Sequence record: MN871451.1
DNA length: 64,000 bases
Direction: 5' to 3' (one strand)
Each line of letters starts with the position of its first letter. The stretch's first letter is position 1. The translations under genes were made by a program, and so were the position numbers. Below the pieces are notes generated by a model. The model saw only the letters and a list, made by a program, of their open reading frames with translations, ran no database searches and was not told the DNA's origin. Of the stretch, positions 1 to 9,549 are shown piece after piece.

Positions 1-1004
1 ATTTCCACTTTAAACATGACATTGCCCATACGATGACGTATGATGTCAAAACATTTCTTACTTGACTTCCCGTATAGTTTCTTAAAGGCTTCCATGGCCT
101 CTAACGTCATCATCTTATCAAACGTCGCCAGCATTGGGATAGCTTCTGAACCATACGCTTTGATCGGTGTTGCGGAAGCCCATAACGTTGTAACGGGTTG
201 TATACGCTTACAAAATTGTAAAATATCTTGAGTGCGCTGAGAACTAAGCTCATTCAGTTTGTGAGATTCGTCGAGGATTAATGCAATTTTCTTACCAGTG
301 AATCGCCCGGAATCTTCCAGTAATTTACCAATGGCTTCCATATGGTAGATTAAATACTTCGGTAAAGTTCCCGAGGGCAATGATCCATCTCGTGCCTGAA
401 CCCAGTACTCAGGTGTCTTTTTGTAATCATTTTGCATCGCATCTTCCCAGACACGATAAATAGACGCTTTTAATGATACCATGATAATGATATCAACATT
501 GAGCATTTCTGCGATCATTAACGAAGACAAGGTTTTCCCGGACCCAGTATTCATAGCCATACAGTAACCGCTGAGCTGCCATTTAGGAACAACAGTATCG
601 TAATGATCGATGAATTCCATTTGATGGCGCAGCGGGCTTTTGGTAAACAGACTCAGTTTACTACGATCTAGAATAGGGTCGTGATCTACCTGAGTAGACC
701 GCATCCAAGTATTAGTGAGAATACCTTCTTTCACTTGTTTCAATGTTTTCTTCGCAATCATACTTCGCCCCTGTTTGGCGATAATCTGATCGAGAATGTA
801 AACAAACTCTACCGCGAAGAAACTGTAAAATTCGATACTGTAAGGCGTAATCTTAGTGAACATACTTTGTTCGATACGAGAGGTACGCCAGGTATTATAA
901 ATTTCCCCTAAAGCGTCCTTAGAACGAATAGCGGTGACCTTAATCTTTCCGTTCGCTTCTTCTACTTCAACCATTCCAAATGCGGCTTTGGCAAAATTAA
1001 ACAT
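1..1004 (-). CDS. Superfamily 2 DExH helicase, truncated by the window edge (phiKZ gp75-like position)
   Basis: Absent from the ORF track because it is open at the left edge. My translation from the ATG at 1004 gives MFNFAKAAFG..., Walker A CMAMNTGSGKT, Walker B IALILDESH and motif III ATGTP. SD-like GAAGGG lies upstream. Confidence 0.88.
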   Translation of the reverse strand, partial: MFNFAKAAFGMVEVEEANGKIKVTAIRSKDALGEIYNTWRTSRIEQSMFTKITPYSIEFYSFFAVEFVYILDQIIAKQGRSMIAKKTLKQVKEGILTNTWMRSTQVDHDPILDRSKLSLFTKSPLRHQMEFIDHYDTVVPKWQLSGYCMAMNTGSGKTLSSLMIAEMLNVDIIIMVSLKASIYRVWEDAMQNDYKKTPEYWVQARDGSLPSGTLPKYLIYHMEAIGKLLEDSGRFTGKKIALILDESHKLNELSSQRTQDILQFCKRIQPVTTLWASATPIKAYGSEAIPMLATFDKMMTLEAMEAFKKLYGKSSKKCFDIIRHRMGNVMFKVE

Positions 1005-1106
1005 AATCTGACCCTTCGTGATAAATTGATCTCATAACAAAAAATACGTACCCACAGCTACTATGAGCCCGCTAGGAGGCTCTAACAAAGAAAAGGTACG
1101 GTCAAG

Positions 1107-2063
1107 ATGAACCATCAAGTAAAAATTGTAAGTAACGACTCCATGATCGTTTATTTCTCATTGCAGGATGTTGCTAAAGCCTGCCTGCTGCCCATTGATA
1201 AAGTAGCCCAGGTAATAAGCGCCGTAAAACAAACTACTCCGCCTATTTTGGCTTATGTTTCCGTTGTGTCTCGTGAAGAAGCTAAAGATAAAAATAACCA
1301 AATGGATTATTTCCCTTCTTTATCCGAAGCCAAATTCACCCTAAATACCCATCAGCTTCAGGGCGATCTTTCCGGAACAATTTATTCGGTCAAAATCACA
1401 TTACTGAACCCCAATACCCCACACGAACATTTCCTCCAGTATGCAAACGGATTACGTGACGGTGAATTCAGTTTTTATCCACGTTTATCCGTCAATGGGC
1501 GTTATATTTATCCTACATTAGACACGAGTAAAGAAGCCGAGGGAAATAATGGTAATGTTAACATTACCGGATTCGATCTTATTTTTAATGGATATATCAA
1601 CGACCAATTGGAAATTGCCCCTCAGCCAACCCATGAAGAACATATTACTGAAAAAATCAATGATATTTTTGGTAAATGTAAATCCCCAGATCTTTCATCG
1701 TATCGCACACCGCAATTCACGGTAACTGGGTTAATGCCAAACGACCGCCCTGATCCGAGTTTTACACCCACCCCAGTAAATGAAAGCTCGCGAAATAAGT
1801 ATGTGATAGATCTTAATGACCCTGCTGAACTGAATTTTTTGACAGAAAAATTCATTAATATCAATTCACCTCTTATTGACCTCTCTCTGACTAATCCAGA
1901 TGAGATAAAACGTCGTGTCGCTCTCCTCGCCCCTGATTACGATAATAAAAAAGAAGTCGTCGTAAAAGACCTTATTTATTTCTTTTTGGGAGATGGTCTT
2001 AACCAGACCCAAAAAGAAAAGTTGGTAGACCTTATTCTGTTGGAATGGGATAAAACGAATTAA
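1107..2063 (+). CDS. Hypothetical protein
   Basis: 318-aa ORF, AAGG upstream, ends just before a strong hairpin. No motif recognised. Confidence 0.75.
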   Translation: MNHQVKIVSNDSMIVYFSLQDVAKACLLPIDKVAQVISAVKQTTPPILAYVSVVSREEAKDKNNQMDYFPSLSEAKFTLNTHQLQGDLSGTIYSVKITLLNPNTPHEHFLQYANGLRDGEFSFYPRLSVNGRYIYPTLDTSKEAEGNNGNVNITGFDLIFNGYINDQLEIAPQPTHEEHITEKINDIFGKCKSPDLSSYRTPQFTVTGLMPNDRPDPSFTPTPVNESSRNKYVIDLNDPAELNFLTEKFININSPLIDLSLTNPDEIKRRVALLAPDYDNKKEVVVKDLIYFFLGDGLNQTQKEKLVDLILLEWDKTN

Positions 2064-2080
2064 TTGAAATAACATATATT

Positions 2081-2114
2081 CTCCCCTCTTCCCGTAAACA
2101 CGGGAAGAGGGGAG
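2081..2114. terminator. Perfect 15-bp hairpin between convergent genes
   Basis: CTCCCCTCTTCCCGT-aaac-ACGGGAAGAGGGGAG. TATG lies 4 nt beyond the stem on the minus strand (2073-2076). Confidence 0.8.
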
Positions 2115-2121
2115 TTATAAC

Positions 2122-2760
2122 TTAACCGCTGATCGCCTTCACGAATTCAATCAGACGCTCACGATATTCCGGTTTAGCGAATTCTGCCGCTCGTGCCAGG
2201 TTGTAGCGTTGAATGATAGTTTTACGCACTGCGGGAGTAGCAAAGGCGCAAACCATGTCGACGAACGCGATGTATTTATCGAGTTGTTTATCACCCTTCG
2301 CTAAAAGGCTCAGGCGACGAAAACGCATATTGGGCGCAAAGGCTCCGTCTTCGTATTTGCGAACCAGCGCAAACAGACGTTTCATGCAGACCGCAAAATC
2401 CGCAACATTGTCCAGATTAACCAGTTGCTCCAGTGTCCGATAGAGCACGCTCTGATTTTCTTTCAGTGAAGATTCAGTCTGCGCTTTTTCTGGCGCCATT
2501 TTCAGAACGTAGTCTTCGAGGTGTGCAATGATCAATTTGACCGCATCGCTTTCTCCAGCGTAAACATCAGCTGAAGTCTTAGCCGCAGTTTCAGAGACCG
2601 TGCTTACTTTCACGCTGCCGCCTACCGCAGACTCGGTTGCCACGGTTGCTGCAACAGGAGCGTTGTCGTTCTCACCCGAAGCAGCCGTTTCTGCTACCGC
2701 ATCTGCTGCGTCAGAGAGTTCCTGAGATTTCTTTTGGATTTTATCAAACTTATTGGCCAT
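2122..2760 (-). CDS. Hypothetical protein with an Ala-rich N-terminus
   Basis: 212 aa, SD GAAGGA, low-complexity N-terminus containing ATES, helical C-terminal domain. Confidence 0.75.
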   Translation of the reverse strand: MANKFDKIQKKSQELSDAADAVAETAASGENDNAPVAATVATESAVGGSVKVSTVSETAAKTSADVYAGESDAVKLIIAHLEDYVLKMAPEKAQTESSLKENQSVLYRTLEQLVNLDNVADFAVCMKRLFALVRKYEDGAFAPNMRFRRLSLLAKGDKQLDKYIAFVDMVCAFATPAVRKTIIQRYNLARAAEFAKPEYRERLIEFVKAISG

Positions 2761-3136
2761 GGCCTTTTTCCTTCATCATTTGAACGTTAGGGACCGTAAT
2801 ACCCTGTTGGGAAAGTTGTGCCTCTAACTCTTTCGTTTCTTCCGATTTAGCATTGACTTCTCGTTCACGCCACCGAATAGAAGTGTTGATTTGCTTTTCA
2901 ACCATATCATTAGGTTGACTCACCCAATCTGTAAACGTAAAGTTGAAGTAATCTTTAATCTGGTGCGTGTGATATTTTTCGAGTAACTCATCCCATTTCC
3001 CTTTGTTTGCAGCCGCTTCGGGTTCATGCATCGCAATAAGAGAGAATGGGACTTTGGCATCTACTGCTTCAGAGTAAATCCCGTTATCGAGGTCGTACGC
3101 CCTGCGCAACGCCACTTTGGCGGAAAGGTTCCCCAA
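2750..3136 (-). CDS. Hypothetical protein
   Basis: 128 aa, TTG start, overlaps the next gene by 11 nt within a minus-strand operon. Confidence 0.65.
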   Translation of the reverse strand: MGNLSAKVALRRAYDLDNGIYSEAVDAKVPFSLIAMHEPEAAANKGKWDELLEKYHTHQIKDYFNFTFTDWVSQPNDMVEKQINTSIRWREREVNAKSEETKELEAQLSQQGITVPNVQMMKEKGHGQ

Positions 3137-3153
3137 TCCGCCTGTCTTCTCAA

Positions 3154-4878
3154 TTAACCCTGAGCCTCGCTGGCCGATACCTTGGATAGCAAACCGGTCA
3201 GACCTAACGTCATTAAATTCGTCAGTGGCTCCGACCCCGCTTCCGTAATCTTGTGTTGCGCAAGGATAAAAAAACCCACAGCAGGGTTAAACGGAACAAT
3301 GATTGTCGCTTCCCCGGTCTTCGAGAGATAGAATTTACCACACGCCGGGCAATTGACGTTAGGGAAACCAATGATAGTGCAGATGGCGTCATTGATGAAA
3401 TCATTGATTGCCACGATTAAACCGTCACTGGCTTCGAAGTCACCCGAAATATAACGCATGATATCGAGGATAGCATGGGAATCGGTAACAATCCCGTAGT
3501 TATCCGGGTTACCTTTTTCGTTGGTGTTCGGGATACGAATCTCACGAATGAAGTGCATGAACCGCGCTGTCTCTTCCGTGTTAAGGATTGACTTCATGCT
3601 CTGACCACGACGATAGTCATCGGTGATATCATCGCGTAGCGTTTCTGTTAACGCACGGGAAACCGAAGTGATATACTCTCGACCTGACGTTAAGTACTCT
3701 TCGATTGTCGGCGAACGGAAGGTGAAGGTACGTTTGTTCCATTCCCATTTCTGGGTATTGAGGATTTGGAACTCTTCTTTGTATTTCTTCAATTCTTCCA
3801 GCGTTGTCTTATGGCTAATCCCTTTGGCCATCTGACGGATTTGAACTTGTGTCAAACGCGACTCATCAACGAAACGCATACGGAGAAGGTTTGCTTTGAC
3901 GTGACTCACACCACGGCAGCTCGGGCACGGAATGGCGATCTCACAACCGTCCGGGAATGCTGCTAATGCCATTCCCCAGATCAGACTGTCGATATCGAAG
4001 AAGTCAATAACCTCTTTTAATTCCATCGGCGATTTCGCAATCGGAATGTTGGCCTCTACAACGAGTTTCAACGCGGCGTCAACGAGAATCTCGTCAAAGA
4101 TCAAACGGTCATTGGCCCCGATCGCCCCGAAGACTTCCAGTCCGAGCTCTTCACGTGAAAAGGCTAAGGCACGGTCGATATCCGCTAAGAATGCAGCCGA
4201 CGGTGCACGGAGTTTCACCCAGAAACCAGAGTGCCACAGCGGTACCGTGACAGGACGACCCAAGTTAGTCCCGGCCGTGAACATATCGATTGCATCAATA
4301 CCCGAAATTTTGGTAGCCGGTTGATCAAAGATCTTATACGCACTGCGGTAATCACAAAGCGGGATCGGTGTCGCCGGGTTCTCGATCTGAGTCTTCCACT
4401 TTGCTCCGTTACGGATCGCCGCTTTCAGAAGACCGTTTCCGGGATACGCTGAATCCGTCGCGTTACGAGTCGAGAGAATCCATTCAAGGTCTTCGTTAGT
4501 GACGTTATTCAAACTTTCTTCAAACGTCTCTGCGTCAGCACGCGTCGTGGGTAATACACTTAACGCTGCAATGCCGCGTTGATTAGGATCGATCCTGACA
4601 AAGATAGGGCGAGTCGGATCAATCACGATTTTATTCGGTTCGACGTCAAAGAGAAGATGTTCTTCTTCTTCTTTCTCTTCCGTCTCTTCTTCCGGTTTGG
4701 TTTCTTCTTCCGCCGGAGTGACAGTGTCTTCCTGAACAGTCTCATCGGAGACTGCTACCGGTGCTTCCTCAAACACGTCGTCAGTGATAACGTGTTTGGT
4801 GACCGGAATACCTACACCCGTGGTAGGGATAGTAGGGGTTTCTTCAGTACCGGACTGTTCGTTTTCAAAATCAGACAT
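3154..4878 (-). CDS. Conserved jumbo-phage protein with two CxxC motifs, possibly a T4 gp26-like baseplate hub assembly protein
   Basis: 574 aa, acidic N-terminal tail, CPSC and CPACG motifs, VKLRAPS and FTFRSPTIEEY segments that recall gp26-type proteins. The ORF is solid; the function is inferred. Confidence 0.5.
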   Translation of the reverse strand: MSDFENEQSGTEETPTIPTTGVGIPVTKHVITDDVFEEAPVAVSDETVQEDTVTPAEEETKPEEETEEKEEEEHLLFDVEPNKIVIDPTRPIFVRIDPNQRGIAALSVLPTTRADAETFEESLNNVTNEDLEWILSTRNATDSAYPGNGLLKAAIRNGAKWKTQIENPATPIPLCDYRSAYKIFDQPATKISGIDAIDMFTAGTNLGRPVTVPLWHSGFWVKLRAPSAAFLADIDRALAFSREELGLEVFGAIGANDRLIFDEILVDAALKLVVEANIPIAKSPMELKEVIDFFDIDSLIWGMALAAFPDGCEIAIPCPSCRGVSHVKANLLRMRFVDESRLTQVQIRQMAKGISHKTTLEELKKYKEEFQILNTQKWEWNKRTFTFRSPTIEEYLTSGREYITSVSRALTETLRDDITDDYRRGQSMKSILNTEETARFMHFIREIRIPNTNEKGNPDNYGIVTDSHAILDIMRYISGDFEASDGLIVAINDFINDAICTIIGFPNVNCPACGKFYLSKTGEATIIVPFNPAVGFFILAQHKITEAGSEPLTNLMTLGLTGLLSKVSASEAQG

Positions 4879-5299
4879 TGACAGTTTCCTTTTGGTTAAT
4901 GCGTTTTTCTACAATCTCCGCGATCTCTGCCATCGGCGCAATCACGTCTTCAGTGATCATTGAAATAAATTCAGCAGCACGTCCAACCAAATCGGCGAAG
5001 TGCTCTTCTTCCTTTTTACCCGGTGTCGCAACCAGCGTTTCGAAATCGGTTTTCAGTTCTTCGAGCGTCGTTCGAATAGAGGGTGCTTTCTCTGCGATCT
5101 TCTTGATCTCTTCTTTCCCTTTCAGGATTTCCCCTAAAGAAAGAGTTTTTTCATCTAAGGCGTCGAACTGCACTACTATAGTGGCGGCTTCGGAGAGTAA
5201 CTTCGGTGATTTCCGAATAATGTCATTGATGTATTGAAACCCGTGTAACTTCATGTAACCGGGCTTTTTAGTGGGTTTCTTCTTACGTGCTTTAGACAT
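4871..5299 (-). CDS. Hypothetical protein with a basic N-terminus
   Basis: Start moved from the TTG at 5335 to the ATG at 5299 (MSKARKKK) because GAGG precedes it. Confidence 0.7.
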   Translation of the reverse strand: MSKARKKKPTKKPGYMKLHGFQYINDIIRKSPKLLSEAATIVVQFDALDEKTLSLGEILKGKEEIKKIAEKAPSIRTTLEELKTDFETLVATPGKKEEEHFADLVGRAAEFISMITEDVIAPMAEIAEIVEKRINQKETVNV

Positions 5300-5377
5300 G
5301 TCATTTGCCTCAGTTAGAAAAAGATTTTCATTCAAATTACGCTTACTGTGAATTAAAATTTACATAAGGGCTCAATA

Positions 5378-6217
5378 ATGCTGATCGACAATTTACTCAA
5401 CTATCTGACACGTACGGTGTCAGAAGCCAGAGTTTCAACATATAAAGTTGTACTGCCGTTTTTGTATCGTTTAGACCCGGGTACGTTCGAGCTACAATTT
5501 AACCAGTTTACCACCTACCTCGATGAGTTTACGACGGTAGACAACGTCGCGCAATTCGATCAGATCGTCACCGACCTGTTGGCAGAAGGCATTGAGGAGT
5601 TCGGTCTATATCTAAGCGACGACCAGCCGCTTTACGGTAAACTCGAGCTCCTCGCAAAGATTTGTCAAGCGTTATACCACGTCGATTCACACGAGGATCT
5701 TCAGTCGGTTAAATACGCATTAGAAATCGCTGAAGACCCCAAAGAAAAAATCGCCGAAGTACTGCACGTGGTGGATAATACACTTGATCCTAATCAGATT
5801 CTTGAACTTACCGCCGAAGTCTCACCTTCATTGCTTTATCGCCTCCGAGATTATCTCAACGAAATGACCTATCGCTTCCCCGAAGACGATTCGATTGACA
5901 CCGCTCTGGTTGAAAGAACAAAGAACGCCCTGAATTTCTACGGAATCGAACGAGCAGTGCGTTTCTTCAAAGACGGCGGTAGTGTAGGTGAGCCATTAAC
6001 TAATTTCCTGGATTATTACTTTTCAGAGGAAAAGAATACACCGGAGGTTATCGGTAAGTTAGCGGTTTTCTCTGCGATTGCTGCTGGTATTCCGAACGAT
6101 AAAATCAAAGAGCGTATTGGCGAAGAACTGCCGCATTATTTCATCGACCCAAAAACGCTATTAACAATTTCAAGAATTGTGACTAAATTACCACTCCCGG
6201 AGTTTGACCATGCTTAA
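5378..6217 (+). CDS. Conserved virion-associated protein (phiKZ gp79-like position)
   Basis: 279 aa, SD AAGGG, immediately upstream of the virion RNAP subunit as in phiKZ. Confidence 0.6.
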   Translation: MLIDNLLNYLTRTVSEARVSTYKVVLPFLYRLDPGTFELQFNQFTTYLDEFTTVDNVAQFDQIVTDLLAEGIEEFGLYLSDDQPLYGKLELLAKICQALYHVDSHEDLQSVKYALEIAEDPKEKIAEVLHVVDNTLDPNQILELTAEVSPSLLYRLRDYLNEMTYRFPEDDSIDTALVERTKNALNFYGIERAVRFFKDGGSVGEPLTNFLDYYFSEEKNTPEVIGKLAVFSAIAAGIPNDKIKERIGEELPHYFIDPKTLLTISRIVTKLPLPEFDHA

Positions 6218-7577
6218 ACGCGATTATTTATTAACTGCTCTGAACTACGGCAGTTTCCTTTATAAAGGATGGGTCATCGATGCTTTTGGTATCGTCAACT
6301 ACCCGGAGAAAGACCCTGAGCGCAGACCGAACGGGAAGTACCCGCTTTACTTTAAAGATGAACCCCGTCGCGAAGATTTCGAGGAATACCCCTTTCAACT
6401 TTTCCAGGAAGACGGTCAGGTAGTCTTCTTTAATCCCTTCAGTAAAGAATGGGAAGTTCTTCAAGGTGCTGAACCAGGTATCGCCCCTTTCCGGTTCAAA
6501 GACAAAATTGATTTAGAACCAGGCGACCTCGTCAACGTAAAAGAGAAAGTCACTACGCTTGTAGGGAATGTCATGGTTAACCAAACGGTACTTTGTTACC
6601 CTTTCAAAGACCGTATTCCTTTTATAGCGGGTGAGATCAAAATAGGCAAGATCGAAGATAAGATTGCTGAACTGTTAGAAACACCCCCGGAAGACCCCAG
6701 TGAACGCGATCCACAGAAGATCTATACTGATGAACTGGAAAGTAAATACTATCCGGCCGCTTTCTCTTTAACGGGCTGGTGTCAGCTCGCAACACCCGCT
6801 GCAACACCCTACACGATCGTTACTGCCCCTGACATGGCAAAACGCCGTACGGCACTGTACGAACAGTATAAGGACCAACTTGACGATCCTGCGATTGTCG
6901 CCAAAATCATGTCCGAACTGATCAAGTACGATATCGAATTCCAGTCCCAAGACCCCGAGAAAGGATTCCTGAGACCCGGTTCTAAAGACTTCGATGTCGT
7001 CCGTGCTAAGGCTTATATCTCCCACGCTATCGAATACGACTTTGAAAACCGAAACAAAATCACGGTTATTCAAAACCCGCTGTCAGAGCAATGGGATATC
7101 AATAAACTTCCGGAGATGGCGAACTCCCTTATCGACGGTTCCTTCAACCGAGGCGCTATGACCGCCTTAGGGGGCGAGGCCGCTAAGTTCATTGGTCGCT
7201 TCTTCATGAACACGGCTATTGCAGAAGACGATTGCGGTTCCAGACTTGGGCTGGAGCACACGGTAACGAAAGAGAATGAGGAAGGTTTTCATTGGTCTTA
7301 CTTCTTTGATGAGAAGAACGTACTCACTCTCATGACGCCAGAGATCGCTGCTGCCTCACACGGGAAACGTTATTTGTTCCGCTCACCGCTTTTTTGCCAC
7401 ACGACCGACGGTAACTTCTGCGTGAAGTGTATCGGGAAACGTTTCGAGAATACGAAGACCGCTTTAGGGGCATTGGCTACGGAGGTCGGATCGATAATAA
7501 TGGGTATCCAGATGAGTGCGATGCACGGTCGATCTTTAAAAGTGGAGAAGTTTGACTGGAAGAGTGCATTGAAGTAA
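6210..7577 (+). CDS. Virion RNA polymerase beta'-like subunit, C-terminal part (phiKZ gp80-like)
   Basis: RpoC-type motifs: IAEDDCGS, RSPLFC...FCVKCIG (Zn site), and ALATEVGSIIMGIQMSAMH (trigger-loop region, cf. AAQSIGEPGTQLTMRTFH). ATG at 6210 follows GGAG. Confidence 0.9.
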   Translation: MLKRDYLLTALNYGSFLYKGWVIDAFGIVNYPEKDPERRPNGKYPLYFKDEPRREDFEEYPFQLFQEDGQVVFFNPFSKEWEVLQGAEPGIAPFRFKDKIDLEPGDLVNVKEKVTTLVGNVMVNQTVLCYPFKDRIPFIAGEIKIGKIEDKIAELLETPPEDPSERDPQKIYTDELESKYYPAAFSLTGWCQLATPAATPYTIVTAPDMAKRRTALYEQYKDQLDDPAIVAKIMSELIKYDIEFQSQDPEKGFLRPGSKDFDVVRAKAYISHAIEYDFENRNKITVIQNPLSEQWDINKLPEMANSLIDGSFNRGAMTALGGEAAKFIGRFFMNTAIAEDDCGSRLGLEHTVTKENEEGFHWSYFFDEKNVLTLMTPEIAAASHGKRYLFRSPLFCHTTDGNFCVKCIGKRFENTKTALGALATEVGSIIMGIQMSAMHGRSLKVEKFDWKSALK

Positions 7578-7623
7578 ACCCGCAATAGAAAGACGATTCT
7601 TTGTCGATACTAAAGACACAATC

Positions 7624-7655
7624 GCTACTGGAACCCCGTTAAGGGTTCCAGTAGC
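7624..7655. terminator. 13-bp hairpin between convergent genes
   Basis: GCTACTGGAACCC-cgttaa-GGGTTCCAGTAGC, with a T-run further downstream. Confidence 0.75.
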
Positions 7656-7686
7656 CTCTCTGTGCCGTTACTTTTCTTTTTTGATA

Positions 7687-9423
7687 TCAATCCTCAAGTT
7701 TAATTCCCTTCGCCTTACAGAAGCGCTGAAGCATCTGTAATTGAGTAGGCGCTTTACAGAGCTTTGTCACAATTTCGACGGAGTTGACCCTCCCTGCACA
7801 CAAGTTCAACCCTGCCCGTCTTTGTTCCTCGAAATCGACCCCAATGATTTTACACATCGCCCGTTTCGTGGTTTCTTGCGACAGGTTCATCCATACCCCA
7901 GTAGAAGGATAGGAAGACTTAACGTCGATGTCCAATACCCACTTAACGATCTTAGTGAATGTACCCGGGTGCTCTTTAAGGACTTTGTTCCCCATCTCTT
8001 CGTGGATAAGATGCGCTGCTAACGTAGAGATCCAACCATCGAGTGGAACCAGATGCTTGTCGAGCTCTTTCTCCATCTTATCGGACGTACCCGTTAAGAC
8101 GTACCCTTTCTCTAAGAGATCAAAGTAAAAGTCATCAGCAAGTTTACGACCTTGAGAACCGTACGACTGCAGTTCACTGAATCCGCATTGAGCAGGAAAC
8201 GTAGAACGTAAGTCTTCTGTTTTCTCGTCGAGGAGTTGGGCACCGATGTTATCGAACATGTTGTAAACGCAGTAGAAAACTTTTTCTTCGCGCTGCATGT
8301 GTTTGTGCCAGTCGATCCCGGTGGAACGAACGCCCTTATCGCCTTTCAACTTACCAAAACCCAATTCCTTGTACAGAATGTCGCCTAAGGCATAAGAGGG
8401 TTCTTTGTTCAGGTGTTTACGAACAGCACGACGAACAGACATCTGGTCAACCCAGAAGAAGTGCCCTGGAGATTGAACACGGTGCCAACGGTCACATGGG
8501 TCTTTTGATTCCCCTACGCCGTTCGCGTCAAAGATCTTCGCTTCGCCTTCTTTGAGGTTAAAGAACTTAAACTCGTCAGGGATAGAAGGATCATTGAAAA
8601 CGTACTCACGTGGGATATTCCTCCGGTCTAATGCCTGCATCATCTTTTTGGTATCGTAAGGTAGGTTCCAAATCGATAGCATATCAGGTTTTAAGACATT
8701 GTGGAGAATATTAAAGATCCATTGTACCGCATCAGCTTCGTCAGCGGCTTCGTAGATTTCGAGGTCAAAATGGTGATGAATCTTTTTATCTTTAAACTGC
8801 TTTATCTTCTGATCGACTTCGCGAAGGATAGGGACAACTTCCCTTTCGTAGCACTGTTTGACTTTCTCAACGAAATCAATACTCGTTCCGATATAGGCTT
8901 TAGTGATCGCTTGAAAGACACGGTCACCACAGGACACCGAGATCATGTTGATACTGTTCGTTCCGTCGACCACGTCAAATTCAATATCGAGATGCGCGAC
9001 ACGGTATAAACTTTTAAGGTGCGGGAATTTCGTCATGTACTGATGTTTGATCAGAACAGAACTAGTGATATCAGTACCAAAAAGATATGGGTTGCGATTG
9101 AGTGTTTTTACGCCGCCTCTACCAGTTTTTAATTTGCGTTGAATATCAGAGGCTAAGGATGATTGCGTGCACTCGTAACGGCGCAGATTATCAAGGCTTT
9201 CCCAAACACGTTTTTCTTTGTACTTACGTTGGCTCTCACGAGTAACGTAATAAGGACGTTTAAAATCTTTGATAAAACGAAGATTAGGGACTTGTTCTTT
9301 ATTTTTAAGATGAATAATTTCTTTAACGACTAATAGGTCGCTTCCAGGCGTATTGGCAGACTGAACAAAAAAGGAGTTTTTAAACTCATAACCTTCAATG
9401 TCATCGCGCTTAATATTTTTCAT
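7687..9423 (-). CDS. Family B DNA polymerase, N-terminal/3'-5' exonuclease half of a split enzyme (phiKZ gp82-like)
   Basis: ExoI HLDIEFD, ExoII WNLPYD, ExoIII YNMFD and polymerase motif A DIDVKSSYPS. The protein ends ~70 aa later without motif B or C. Confidence 0.88.
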   Translation of the reverse strand: MKNIKRDDIEGYEFKNSFFVQSANTPGSDLLVVKEIIHLKNKEQVPNLRFIKDFKRPYYVTRESQRKYKEKRVWESLDNLRRYECTQSSLASDIQRKLKTGRGGVKTLNRNPYLFGTDITSSVLIKHQYMTKFPHLKSLYRVAHLDIEFDVVDGTNSINMISVSCGDRVFQAITKAYIGTSIDFVEKVKQCYEREVVPILREVDQKIKQFKDKKIHHHFDLEIYEAADEADAVQWIFNILHNVLKPDMLSIWNLPYDTKKMMQALDRRNIPREYVFNDPSIPDEFKFFNLKEGEAKIFDANGVGESKDPCDRWHRVQSPGHFFWVDQMSVRRAVRKHLNKEPSYALGDILYKELGFGKLKGDKGVRSTGIDWHKHMQREEKVFYCVYNMFDNIGAQLLDEKTEDLRSTFPAQCGFSELQSYGSQGRKLADDFYFDLLEKGYVLTGTSDKMEKELDKHLVPLDGWISTLAAHLIHEEMGNKVLKEHPGTFTKIVKWVLDIDVKSSYPSTGVWMNLSQETTKRAMCKIIGVDFEEQRRAGLNLCAGRVNSVEIVTKLCKAPTQLQMLQRFCKAKGIKLED

Positions 9424-9549
9424 AACGGGCTGGTTCCTGAGTCAAACTTTCAAGGTCTACAGGAATAGATAGCGTCTTCTTTTTGGAGCGTGTCGCTTTC
9501 TTGTGTAACCCTTCCTTTATGGTAGCGCTTTCCCCTGAGGAGCCACGAA

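Noticed and set aside
9440-9545. Possible middle promoter (AAGGGTTAC on the minus strand) for the polymerase gene
   Set aside because: It is only a partial match to a weak, degenerate consensus and cannot be distinguished from chance.
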